Below are positions 28,002-35,727 of a stretch of DNA of 41,421 nucleotides, piece after piece (positions within the stretch are counted from its first letter, which is position 1; each line of letters begins with the position of its first letter). Location: contig BTRF01000001.1 in assembly GCA_036986255.1 (NCBI GenBank), positions 1 through 41,421 of the forward strand. Direction: 5' to 3'. Under the pieces are notes generated by a model. It was not told the origin of the DNA. It searched no databases and saw only the letters and a program-made list of their open reading frames with translations. The stretch is from Patescibacteria group bacterium (lineage in GTDB: Bacteria; Patescibacteriota; WWE3; 9FT-COMBO-53-11). The position numbers and the translations under genes were made by a program.

Positions 28002-29758
28002 TAAAGGGTTTCCCTTCTCTTGAGGGCGGTTTTGGGTTTCTTCCTAATGACGATAGGAGGATTGAGCGGCTCTATTTTTTTGGCAACAATCAGCTCTTCT
28101 CCTTTATAGCTGCGGGCCGTGTTTTGGCGCTCCCACTCAACGGAGGCGATGAGAATCTTATACGACCCTGTAGGAGCGACAAATTGGTAGCGGCCGCTAG
28201 TATTCGTAACCCTGCGCTGGATCAGTTTTCCTGTTTTAGCATCCACTAGAGATAGGGCTACCCCGCCCGCCCGGTTTCCCTTCCCATCTTTTACCGTTCC
28301 CCAGTACCTCTCCGTCTTAACAGCATTAACCGCTACTAGCGAAAGAGCGACGACGTAAAAACCCGCAATTACCTGGTTGTAAAGATTTGGTATGGCTAGA
28401 TAGGCAATCCCCGAGAGCAGGAGACCCCCCGTAAGGAGTGGCAGGTTGATGGCGGAGCCGTGTTTTCTGAACAGCTGCTTGATTTTGCTGGGCTTCTGGG
28501 CGCCGCGCGGGTCGATGGGGACGCTTAGGCTCACGGTGGGCTTGGTCTCGAGAACCTCAAAGACCTCGCCGTGGTAAATGCTCTCGTACTCCCCGTCCTT
28601 TTCTCTGGAAACTACTTGGGAAGGGAACTCGTAGCCGGCCCGGGACGCTTCAAGCTTGTACTTCCCTTTCTGGGGCAGAAAAGCGAAAACCCCGAACGCG
28701 TTGGTGACCTCCATATCGATAAACTTCCCCTTTTCGTCGAGAAGCCGAATGAGGCCTTGGGCCAGCGGCTGCTTGGTGACCGCATCGTAGAGGACTCCCC
28801 AGGCTCTTTTCTTTTTCTTTTTTTCAAAAAACACGGGGAGGAACGGAAATCCGCTCGCAATGGCGAGGTATTGACTAAGGAGCAGGCCCAGGTCTTGGAT
28901 GGTTACTAAGCCTGCTTGCAGAAAAAGCCCTAAAAGCGTTAGCGGAATGGCCACTTTGGAGGTAGCATTGGAGACTTGTTTAACTGACTCCGGAAGGGCT
29001 TGGACGGCCGCAGTTACGTTTTCGAGGGTGTTTTCGACCGCGTTTGAGAAGGAATTCGACAGCGATCCTACTATCTCCGCTAAGGGACCGAGTTGATCGG
29101 TGATAATACTAATGAGGGTGTCAATCGGCCCTGCTGATCCGATCTCGAAATACAGCTCTTGACTCTCCCTGCTCTCTCGGCTTCCTACGGCCGAAACTGC
29201 CTTAACTGTATAGCTGCCCTTCCCCAGCGCATTGACGAGAAGCTCCCATCCTCCGGTAGTTTCATCTGCTGCGGCGGAGAAAGTACCGTTGTAGCCTTGA
29301 TCAGAGGTGATGGCTACCCGGATAGTTGCTTCGGGGTAGCTGAAACCGGATAACTTAAGGTTATCCTCCGGCAGACTCTCCTCTTCTACGGAAGTGATGG
29401 TAGGCGGTAGGACTTCGCCGTCTAGAGTTGTTCCCAGAATTAGAACCTTATTAGTTATTCCGGCCTCATCGGTGGCGTAAATGTAGATTGAACCCAGATC
29501 CCCACTCTTAATAAGGAAGGTGAAGTTTACTAGGCCCTTTTCGTTCAGCTTTGCAACGGCTTGAATCTCTTCGGCGGCATTCTCCACCGTTACTTCCGAC
29601 CACGGGGCTGTTTTCCCGTTGACAATGGAGACAGTGGTATCGCCGTCGATGGGAGAGAATAGAGCCCCGATTCCTTCTCCTCTGGATTGGGCCTCTGCGG
29701 AGCGGGCGAAAAGCAGAAGGACAGTAAAGAGCAGTACTGCGGCGGCAATTTTTCGCAT
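28001..29758 (-). CDS. Secreted/membrane protein with Ig-like N-terminal region, TM segments and two carboxypeptidase-regulatory-like (CarboxypepD_reg) domains
   Basis: Signal peptide MRKIAAAVLLFTVLLLFARSAEA, using the ATG at 29758 (the track has a GTG at 29761). Two similar modules: WGVLYDAVTKQPLAQGLIRLLDEKG...YKLEASRAGYEF and WGTVKDGKGNRAGGVALSLVDAKTG...YKILIAS. Confidence 0.65.
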   Translation of the reverse strand: MRKIAAAVLLFTVLLLFARSAEAQSRGEGIGALFSPIDGDTTVSIVNGKTAPWSEVTVENAAEEIQAVAKLNEKGLVNFTFLIKSGDLGSIYIYATDEAGITNKVLILGTTLDGEVLPPTITSVEEESLPEDNLKLSGFSYPEATIRVAITSDQGYNGTFSAAADETTGGWELLVNALGKGSYTVKAVSAVGSRESRESQELYFEIGSAGPIDTLISIITDQLGPLAEIVGSLSNSFSNAVENTLENVTAAVQALPESVKQVSNATSKVAIPLTLLGLFLQAGLVTIQDLGLLLSQYLAIASGFPFLPVFFEKKKKKRAWGVLYDAVTKQPLAQGLIRLLDEKGKFIDMEVTNAFGVFAFLPQKGKYKLEASRAGYEFPSQVVSREKDGEYESIYHGEVFEVLETKPTVSLSVPIDPRGAQKPSKIKQLFRKHGSAINLPLLTGGLLLSGIAYLAIPNLYNQVIAGFYVVALSLVAVNAVKTERYWGTVKDGKGNRAGGVALSLVDAKTGKLIQRRVTNTSGRYQFVAPTGSYKILIASVEWERQNTARSYKGEELIVAKKIEPLNPPIVIRKKPKTALKRRETL

Positions 29759-29839
29759 CACCTTATGTATACCATTTTTTCTTTTTCACTGGCCGCTAGC
29801 CGGGGAACTTGGCTTTTGAATTTGTTATCATTCTTTTAG

Positions 29840-32800
29840 ATGCCTAATCCTGCCCTGGAGGGCCCCATTACAATTCCGTCGAATGACCAGCTACGGCGGT
29901 CGTTTAGGTTAGCTACTCCTTCTAAGTTTCGTCGTTCGGCTCCCAAGATAATTACTCTTGTTTTGACCTTTCTCTTAATTGGTCTTGCTTTTAAGTACTA
30001 CCCTATCGTTGGGCAGGTGTTGGGCGTTCAAACCCAAGGGGGGAGTGCCGTAACCCTGGATCGTATTTTGGACGACAGCTTTAACCTCTCCCTTGCCGGA
30101 TATGTGGAGGGCAAGAGGTTAAAATCTTTTGCTACTTCCGGGGCTCCTCTTACTGTTTCAAGTACTGGATTAGTCACGAATCTCAACTCTGATTTTCTTG
30201 ACGGGCAACACGGTAGCTACTACCTTGGCGCTACTACTTTAGATTCTCTTGATTCCACTTCCTTTCTCAGGTCTGATGTGAGTGACAGCTATACCTCCGG
30301 TACTTTGACCTTCAACTCTGGAACGACCCTTGATGTTAACGGCGACTTCACTATCGCCGATACCGTCATTAATCTTGATGGAGGAGCAACGACTATTCAA
30401 ACTGTATCTGGATCACTTTCGCTTAAAGGGTCGGGGTTGGAGTTTGAAGGAACATCTGCCAGCAGCGATGTCGAGTTCTTCCGCGACCTGGCCAACGGGG
30501 GGCAGGGAAACAACGGCCTTTACCTTTTTAGCTACAACACCGGGGTGGGAGGGACCCGCTCCGGGCGGCTGTGGGTCACTACGACGGGAGAGTTCCGAAT
30601 CGATCCGAGCGTCTCCAACCGCCTCTCCTTGGATACTTATGCCGAAAGCTACCTCACAGCCTTCGAAAGTTCTGCCGCAGGAGAGAACCGGGAGTTTCGG
30701 ATCTACGGCTGGAACACGGCTCTCGCCGCCCCGGCTTACGGCCTCTTCCAATATGACGACACCAATGACCGCTTCCGCTTGGATGTCTCTACCGGCGATT
30801 TGGAACTGGACGATGATGTTTATATTACGGGATTGCTGGATGTTGTTGGGACCCTCACGGCCAATGGCAGAGTGGGGGTGGGGGTTGATCCGGAGTACGC
30901 TCTCCATGTTCGGACTGAAGACTACACCGGGACCCAGACGCTCATGCGGAGTGCTTTGGTGGATCTTTTCCTTTACGCCGATGACGCCACCCCCGACACC
31001 AATTCTTACAACACTATTCAAGGGCGGGCCCGCTACTACGGAGGGGTGGGGGACACCGCTTACGCTATCAGGGCATTGCGGGGGAGCGTGTGGAATACGG
31101 GTGCCGGAACGATCACCGAGGCCGTTGGGTCTTTTACAACTATTCGGAATGGCAGTACGGGTACGATTGAGAGGGCCATCGCTTTCTACACCCCCGGAGT
31201 TGCTAATAGTTCGACGGGGACCATCCAGAACGCTTACGGTATGCTAAGTGGAAATGTTGATAATACTGGTGGAGGAACGATAGTTAATAACTACGGTCTG
31301 TATATTGAAGACCCGACGTGTGTTGGCTGTACTAATACTTGGTCTATCTATTCTGAGGCGGGTGACAACTTCTTTGGCGGGTCGGTGGGGATTGGGACGG
31401 CAACCCCTGACGGTAAATTACATGTTCTAAGTGCAGATTCGGGTGCTGCTCCCTCCACCTTCGCAGATGACTTTATCGTTGAAGGTACCGGCTCTATGGG
31501 AATGACACTTGCGGCTAATAGCAGCGGCTCTGGAAATATTTATTGGGCCAACGAAGCCACAAACCAAGCCGCATCTATTTCATATTCTCACTCATCCGAT
31601 TCGTTGTCTATTTCAAATGCCTCCGGAACTCACATTGTTATGGGAGCTTCCGAATTAGTCATCAACGAGTTTAGTTATGACAACGACTTCCGTATAGAAT
31701 CCGATACCTCTCAGTATATGTTCTTCTTGGATGGTGGTAATAATGAAATTTTAATTGATGCGTCTAACACCCTCACTACAGCGGATGGAACACTGCATGT
31801 AAGCACAGCTTCTGCCGGGGCCACCAGCGCGAATGCAGTTGCTGATGATCTCGTTGTTGAGAACAGCGCCGAAGGAGGAATAACTATCCTTACGCCCGAT
31901 ACCAACGCGGGCAGTTTAACCTTCGGCTCTTCGGGCGGAAATCTCAAAGGTCGGATACGCTATGACCACAGCGCTGAGGCAATGGAGTTCTATACGAATA
32001 CGCTTGTCCGCTTGTATCTCTCGGAATCGACGGGCTTTGTCATCAACGCTGGAAGCACGGATTTCGATACAAGAATTGAGGGCGATACTGAACCCTATCT
32101 GCTGTTTGCGGATGCGGGTAGCGATAGGGTGGGGATTGGGACTAACATTCCCGGTGCGAGATTAGAAGTTAAGGGTGCTACAAACGACGCCACCGCTTAT
32201 GCTCTCGACGCGAGAAACAGCGATGACAGGAGCCTCTTTTTTGCGAGAAACGACGGGACGCTTGAGATCGGCAACGCTTTACTGACAGGTCCTACTACCA
32301 GCGTTACCATCTATCCTAAGCTTTATTCTATGGAGCCCTCCTTCTTTACGAATGGTACTTTTCTGGGTCTTGCTACAGGAACCTGGGGGTACTTGAGTGT
32401 AGTAGAGGACTATGGGGCTGAAGGTATTGCAAGAATAGTAGATACAGGCATAACCGATGACGCTGGCGTTTCAGTTTTGCGTTTGGGATTGGGTACTATA
32501 ACCACCGGTGTAGCTACCAGATTTGTTACTTTTTATGCCGCCGCAACTACTGAGAGCGATGGGACTGGAGTGGGGAGGATCCGCCTAAACAACGGTGGCG
32601 TCGCTTACGAAACAGGCGGCGCGGACTACGCGGAGTACGTTACCGTTTCCGGCTCGGTTAGCCAGGGTGACATCATCTCCATCCCCTCCTCGGCAGGGAA
32701 GAAGGCTTTGGTTGGAGAAAGAGTCGTTGGGGTAGTTTCTGATACCGCCGGGTTTGTGGGGAACGCCAAATCGGAATCCCCTGGGCCAAACCAGGCCATC

Positions 32801-33316
32801 GTTGGGTTTATAGGGCAGATCAGGACTAAGGTTACAGGAAACATAAAGTCCGGGGACTTAATAACCGCCTCAAACATAGCTGGTGTTGGTACAAAAGCAG
32901 AAGGCAGAGGATCAGTTGTTGGAATCGCTCTTGAATCTCACAGTGGGGCAGCGGTTTCCAAGATCAAGGTTTTTGTCAATCCTGGCTGGTGGGATCCGGG
33001 AACCGAGATTGTCAGTGATGGTACGGCCGGTGCCGATATGAACATACCGGACCAGCTTAAAGTTTTGGGTGTTGAGGCCGAAGTAGGAATCTTCCAAACC
33101 CTAAGGGTTAAGGTAGAGGCTGTTTTCTTAACCCTTAGGGTTAAAGTGGCCGAGATCGCTTCTGCAGTGGTAGATACGCTCAAGGTTGGAAACCTAACGA
33201 TTGGGGAGGCAGACGCCCCGGCTGGAATTACCATTTACGACCGAGTAACCGGAGAACCCTACTGCGTCTCTATCTCCGACGGCGATTGGCTCAAAGAACT
33301 GGGCGAGTGTGAATAG
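29840..33316 (+). CDS. Large (1158 aa) N-terminally membrane-anchored surface fibre protein, paralogous in modules to the giant protein
   Basis: TM helix IITLVLTFLLIGLAFKYY. Also APLTVSSTGLVTNLNSDFLDGQHGSYY, two VGIGT..P..KL.V motifs, and the C-terminal module DYAEYV..VVGVVS..GDLITAS..WWDP, which is homologous to the giant protein's C-terminus. Confidence 0.8.
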   Translation: MPNPALEGPITIPSNDQLRRSFRLATPSKFRRSAPKIITLVLTFLLIGLAFKYYPIVGQVLGVQTQGGSAVTLDRILDDSFNLSLAGYVEGKRLKSFATSGAPLTVSSTGLVTNLNSDFLDGQHGSYYLGATTLDSLDSTSFLRSDVSDSYTSGTLTFNSGTTLDVNGDFTIADTVINLDGGATTIQTVSGSLSLKGSGLEFEGTSASSDVEFFRDLANGGQGNNGLYLFSYNTGVGGTRSGRLWVTTTGEFRIDPSVSNRLSLDTYAESYLTAFESSAAGENREFRIYGWNTALAAPAYGLFQYDDTNDRFRLDVSTGDLELDDDVYITGLLDVVGTLTANGRVGVGVDPEYALHVRTEDYTGTQTLMRSALVDLFLYADDATPDTNSYNTIQGRARYYGGVGDTAYAIRALRGSVWNTGAGTITEAVGSFTTIRNGSTGTIERAIAFYTPGVANSSTGTIQNAYGMLSGNVDNTGGGTIVNNYGLYIEDPTCVGCTNTWSIYSEAGDNFFGGSVGIGTATPDGKLHVLSADSGAAPSTFADDFIVEGTGSMGMTLAANSSGSGNIYWANEATNQAASISYSHSSDSLSISNASGTHIVMGASELVINEFSYDNDFRIESDTSQYMFFLDGGNNEILIDASNTLTTADGTLHVSTASAGATSANAVADDLVVENSAEGGITILTPDTNAGSLTFGSSGGNLKGRIRYDHSAEAMEFYTNTLVRLYLSESTGFVINAGSTDFDTRIEGDTEPYLLFADAGSDRVGIGTNIPGARLEVKGATNDATAYALDARNSDDRSLFFARNDGTLEIGNALLTGPTTSVTIYPKLYSMEPSFFTNGTFLGLATGTWGYLSVVEDYGAEGIARIVDTGITDDAGVSVLRLGLGTITTGVATRFVTFYAAATTESDGTGVGRIRLNNGGVAYETGGADYAEYVTVSGSVSQGDIISIPSSAGKKALVGERVVGVVSDTAGFVGNAKSESPGPNQAIVGFIGQIRTKVTGNIKSGDLITASNIAGVGTKAEGRGSVVGIALESHSGAAVSKIKVFVNPGWWDPGTEIVSDGTAGADMNIPDQLKVLGVEAEVGIFQTLRVKVEAVFLTLRVKVAEIASAVVDTLKVGNLTIGEADAPAGITIYDRVTGEPYCVSISDGDWLKELGECE
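33097..33142. repeat. REPIN-like inverted doublet of the REP core inside CDS 29840-33316
   Basis: aaccctaagggttaag (33097-33112) and cttaacccttagggtt (33127-33142) are perfect reverse complements (16 nt) separated by 14 nt. They are translated as QTLRVKVEAVFLTLRVKV. Confidence 0.8.
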
Positions 33317-33499
33317 CTAACCCTTTACCCCCCCTTTTTTAATTTTCTTTAGACAAGAGGTACAGACGCGCTTCTTTTTTCCTTCTACTTTAGCCGTGTG
33401 CAAATTAACCTTTAACCGCCGTTTGGTGTGGGCTTTGGATTTGGAGATGGTGGAGCCGACCCGGCTTCCTTTTGAGCAAATTTCGCAGATTCTTGGCAT
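33317..33499 (-). CDS. rpmB: 50S ribosomal protein L28
   Basis: 60 aa; MPRICEICSKGSRVGSTISKSKAHTKRRLKVNL fits L28. Its stop codon directly abuts the stop of the convergent CDS 29840-33316. Confidence 0.85.
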   Translation of the reverse strand: MPRICEICSKGSRVGSTISKSKAHTKRRLKVNLHTAKVEGKKKRVCTSCLKKIKKGGVKG

Positions 33500-33589
33500 T
33501 TTTCGATTGATTATTTTTCAACCCTTGCCTAAACACGTTCTTTTACTTTACCATGGCAGTGAGCTGCCGACTACTAGCTCCGGCCTATT

Positions 33590-34201
33590 ATGTATTTTTC
33601 TGCGCAGGAAATAAGAGATTTAATTAAAGCTTGGGTGGCCATCTCTCTGGCTGTCTCCTTGGCCATTTTGGGTTTTGAAGCTGTGAGAGTACTGGGCCTG
33701 CCGCTTCTGGTTCGGGCGTTTGTGATTTATGCCTTTACCGTGGGGGTGGCCTTTTTGGCTCATGAGGTTTTAGGGCACAAACTTCTCTCTCAGCGGTACG
33801 GGCTTTTCGCCGAATTTCGGGCCGATGATTTTTTTCTGATGCTGGCCGTACTGCTCTCGTTCACGGGGTTTGTTTTTGTCGCTCCCGGGGCGGTGGTGAT
33901 TGCGGGGGTTACCAGAGTTGATATTTACGGTAAGATTGCGGCGGCAGGACCGCTAGTGAATATCATTTTAGCGGTGGCCTTTGGCCTATTGATGCGGGCG
34001 GGAGTGGCGTTTTATCTTCCGCTTTACGCCGGGTCGAGTATCGACTTAGTAGCTACCAGCTATCAGATTAACGCCTGGTTGGCGCTCTTTAATCTTCTTC
34101 CTTTGGGTATCTTGGACGGGGCGAAGATATGGGCTTGGAGCCGCGGAGTTTGGATTCTTTTGGCAGGGGTTTCCGGGCTCCTTTTCTTGGGAATTATTTG
34201 A
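33590..34201 (+). CDS. M50/site-2-protease-family membrane metalloprotease-like protein
   Basis: 203 aa and polytopic. HExxH is present in AHEVLGHKL, and NLLPLGILDG matches the second conserved motif. Confidence 0.7.
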   Translation: MYFSAQEIRDLIKAWVAISLAVSLAILGFEAVRVLGLPLLVRAFVIYAFTVGVAFLAHEVLGHKLLSQRYGLFAEFRADDFFLMLAVLLSFTGFVFVAPGAVVIAGVTRVDIYGKIAAAGPLVNIILAVAFGLLMRAGVAFYLPLYAGSSIDLVATSYQINAWLALFNLLPLGILDGAKIWAWSRGVWILLAGVSGLLFLGII

Positions 34202-34419
34202 AGGGGGTCTTAAATTCGCTTCGAATTTTGTGCTTCGGTTTGCTACAATATAGTTGGCCTACCTGGCGCGCTGAGTTGGAGCGATTCCTGAACATTACCC
34301 TGCTAGGGACCTCTATATAGCTTCTCCGACGTGGTGAAGGAGCTGCGGGGACCCACTTTACATTCAGCGGGATCAGCTCAACAACTATTCTCAACGACTG
34401 GGTGGGTTTTTCTTTTGGG

Positions 34420-34944
34420 CTACCCCTTCATCTGCTCCTCTAACTGGCGTTCGATCTCTTCAGGGTTTAGCGGTTCCAACATCTTTTTAAGTTCAGGGTC
34501 GCGGCCTACATCCACCCCCATCTTTTTCAGGATTACGGCCAGGATTCTCAACACCTTGGTGAGCTCCTGCTCGGAGATTAGGTTGATTTGGAGCTCGGTC
34601 TCTTCGCGCAAACTGCTAATTCTTTCCTGGCGGTTTTGGGTGATGAGGACGAAGATCGCTAAAATGATTGCTTCAAGAGAGACGAACGTAATTAAGAGGA
34701 TGTATGGGTAGGGGTCAAATGGTTTGACGGTTGGAATCACTCCGGAGTTGATTGCGATCCATGCCGCAAAGAAGAGAAGATTGAGGATCAGGAATTCGAC
34801 AGTCCCGAAGGTGGAGACGATTTTGTCTTCAAGCCTTTCCATGGGCGAACGCCGTCCCCGCGCCTTGGCTTCGATGCTTTTAACGGCGGTTTTAAGGGCG
34901 CGGCGCCGGCTGATTTTGTTTCGACGGACTCCTTTTAGTGGCAT
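34420..34944 (-). CDS. DUF1003-family membrane protein
   Basis: The ATG at 34944 (MPLKGVRRNK) is preferred over the TTG at 34962. The segment FGTVEFLILNLLFFAAWIAINSG...DPYPYILLITFVSLEAIILAIFVLITQNRQ is typical of the family. Confidence 0.65.
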   Translation of the reverse strand: MPLKGVRRNKISRRRALKTAVKSIEAKARGRRSPMERLEDKIVSTFGTVEFLILNLLFFAAWIAINSGVIPTVKPFDPYPYILLITFVSLEAIILAIFVLITQNRQERISSLREETELQINLISEQELTKVLRILAVILKKMGVDVGRDPELKKMLEPLNPEEIERQLEEQMKG

Positions 34945-34982
34945 TCTAGAGGATTTTAGCAATTTACAAGTGACAAGCGGTG

Positions 34983-35056
34983 TGGCAGGCCCGGGAGGAT
35001 TCGAACCCCCAAATCCCGCTCTGGAGGCGGGCGGTTTGCCGTTAGCCTACGGGCCT
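34983..35056 (-). tRNA. tRNA-Trp (anticodon CCA), CCA end encoded
   Basis: The reverse complement reads AGGCCCG-TA-GGCTAACGGCAAACC-G-CCCGC-CTCCAGA-GCGGG-ATTTG-GGGGG-TTCGAAT-CCTCC-CGGGCCT-G-CCA. The acceptor, anticodon and T stems pair; the D stem has one C.A mismatch. Confidence 0.88.
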
Positions 35057-35081
35057 TCATCTTAATCTTAGCACCTGAAGC

Positions 35082-35249
35082 TCAGATCTTAGTCTCTTTA
35101 TGAGGAGTCTGCTTCCGACACTTGTTGCAGAACTTCTTAAGCTTCAGCGCTTCCTGCGTGTTGATACGGTTCTTCTTGGTAGTGTAGTTATGCTTGCCGC
35201 AATCCCCACACTTCAGCCGAATGAACGGTCTTGCTCCTTTTTTAGCCAT
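35082..35249 (-). CDS. rpmG: 50S ribosomal protein L33 (55 aa; below the ORF-track length cutoff)
   Basis: Hand translation gives [55 protein letters not shown] followed by TGA. It has the Cys4 zinc-ribbon pattern and the KETK end of L33. Confidence 0.88.
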   Translation of the reverse strand: MAKKGARPFIRLKCGDCGKHNYTTKKNRINTQEALKLKKFCNKCRKQTPHKETKI

Positions 35250-35330
35250 AGCTTCGTAATTTTATCACGGTGAGATTCTTAATTCCGCTGGCGCCAAAGT
35301 GTAGTAGGGATAGTGCCGCGTCTGATGCGG

Positions 35331-35406
35331 TGGAGCCCGGTGGCGGAATCGAACCGCCGACCCCGTTCTTACCAAGAACGTGCTCTTCCGACTGAGCTAA
35401 CCGGGC
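35331..35406 (-). tRNA. tRNA-Thr (anticodon GGU), CCA end encoded
   Basis: GCCCGGT-TA-GCTC-AGTCGGAA-GAGC-A-CGTTC-TTGGTAA-GAACG-GGGTC-GGCGG-TTCGATT-CCGCC-ACCGGGC-T-CCA. All stems are perfect. Confidence 0.95.
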
Positions 35407-35524
35407 ATATATTTAGGGTGGGCGAGTCGAACTCGCCTGCTCATCTTCGTCTAACTCTAAAATTAGAAAGGAAAAGTCTGACTTTTCTGCTTCTAATTTC
35501 TTCTTTGAATCGAGTTAGACTCGA

Positions 35525-35611
35525 TGGTGCTGGGGGAGGGATTCGAACCCCCGTAGGCGTAAAGCCAACTGGTCTACAGCCAGTCCCGTTTGTCCGCTTC
35601 GGTACCCCAGC
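35525..35611 (-). tRNA. tRNA-Tyr (anticodon GUA), class II with a long variable arm, CCA end encoded
   Basis: GCTGGGG...ACTGG-CTGTAGA-CCAGT-(variable arm TGGCTTTACGCCTAC)-GGGGG-TTCGAAT-CCCTC-CCCCAGC-A-CCA. Confidence 0.9.
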
Positions 35612-35727
35612 AAGTTTTAAAGCTGTCTATCTGCCCGCATCCAACCCTTCATTACCCTACTCCTTAGTATAAAACTATTTTACACTGGCTCACCCCAGTC
35701 AGGAAGGCAAAGCCGCGTCTGACGCGG

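Noticed and set aside
30330-31247. A 305-aa ORF in an alternative frame inside the 1158-aa surface protein gene.
   Set aside because: Same explanation as above. It has an Arg/Pro/Trp/Ser-rich, composition-biased translation and no recognisable motifs. It is fully nested in a GC-rich segment of a gene with clear homology to the giant protein.
33314-33319. Zero-nt spacing between the stop codons of the convergent genes 29840-33316(+) and rpmB(-), considered as a possible mis-assembly or overlapping terminator.
   Set aside because: Both ORFs are complete and end with family-typical sequence. Tight convergent packing is consistent with the rest of this compact window, so nothing further can be concluded from sequence alone.
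35421-35437. T-arm-like hairpin GGCGAG-TCGAA-CTCGCC suggesting an additional (Gly?) tRNA in the 35407-35524 spacer.
   Set aside because: No matching acceptor strand, D arm or 7-nt anticodon loop could be built around it by hand. The hairpin has a 6-bp stem with a 5-nt loop rather than a 5-bp stem with a 7-nt loop. It is reported only as a structured spacer.
35617-35652. Eleven-codon mini-ORF (MKGWMRADRQL) on the minus strand, with a strong AAGGAG 7 nt upstream, between the interrupted tRNA and tRNA-Tyr.
   Set aside because: It is too short to evaluate and has no homology handle, and an SD-like hexamer can occur by chance. It would need ribosome profiling. It could conceivably be a leader peptide, but there is no supporting attenuator structure.
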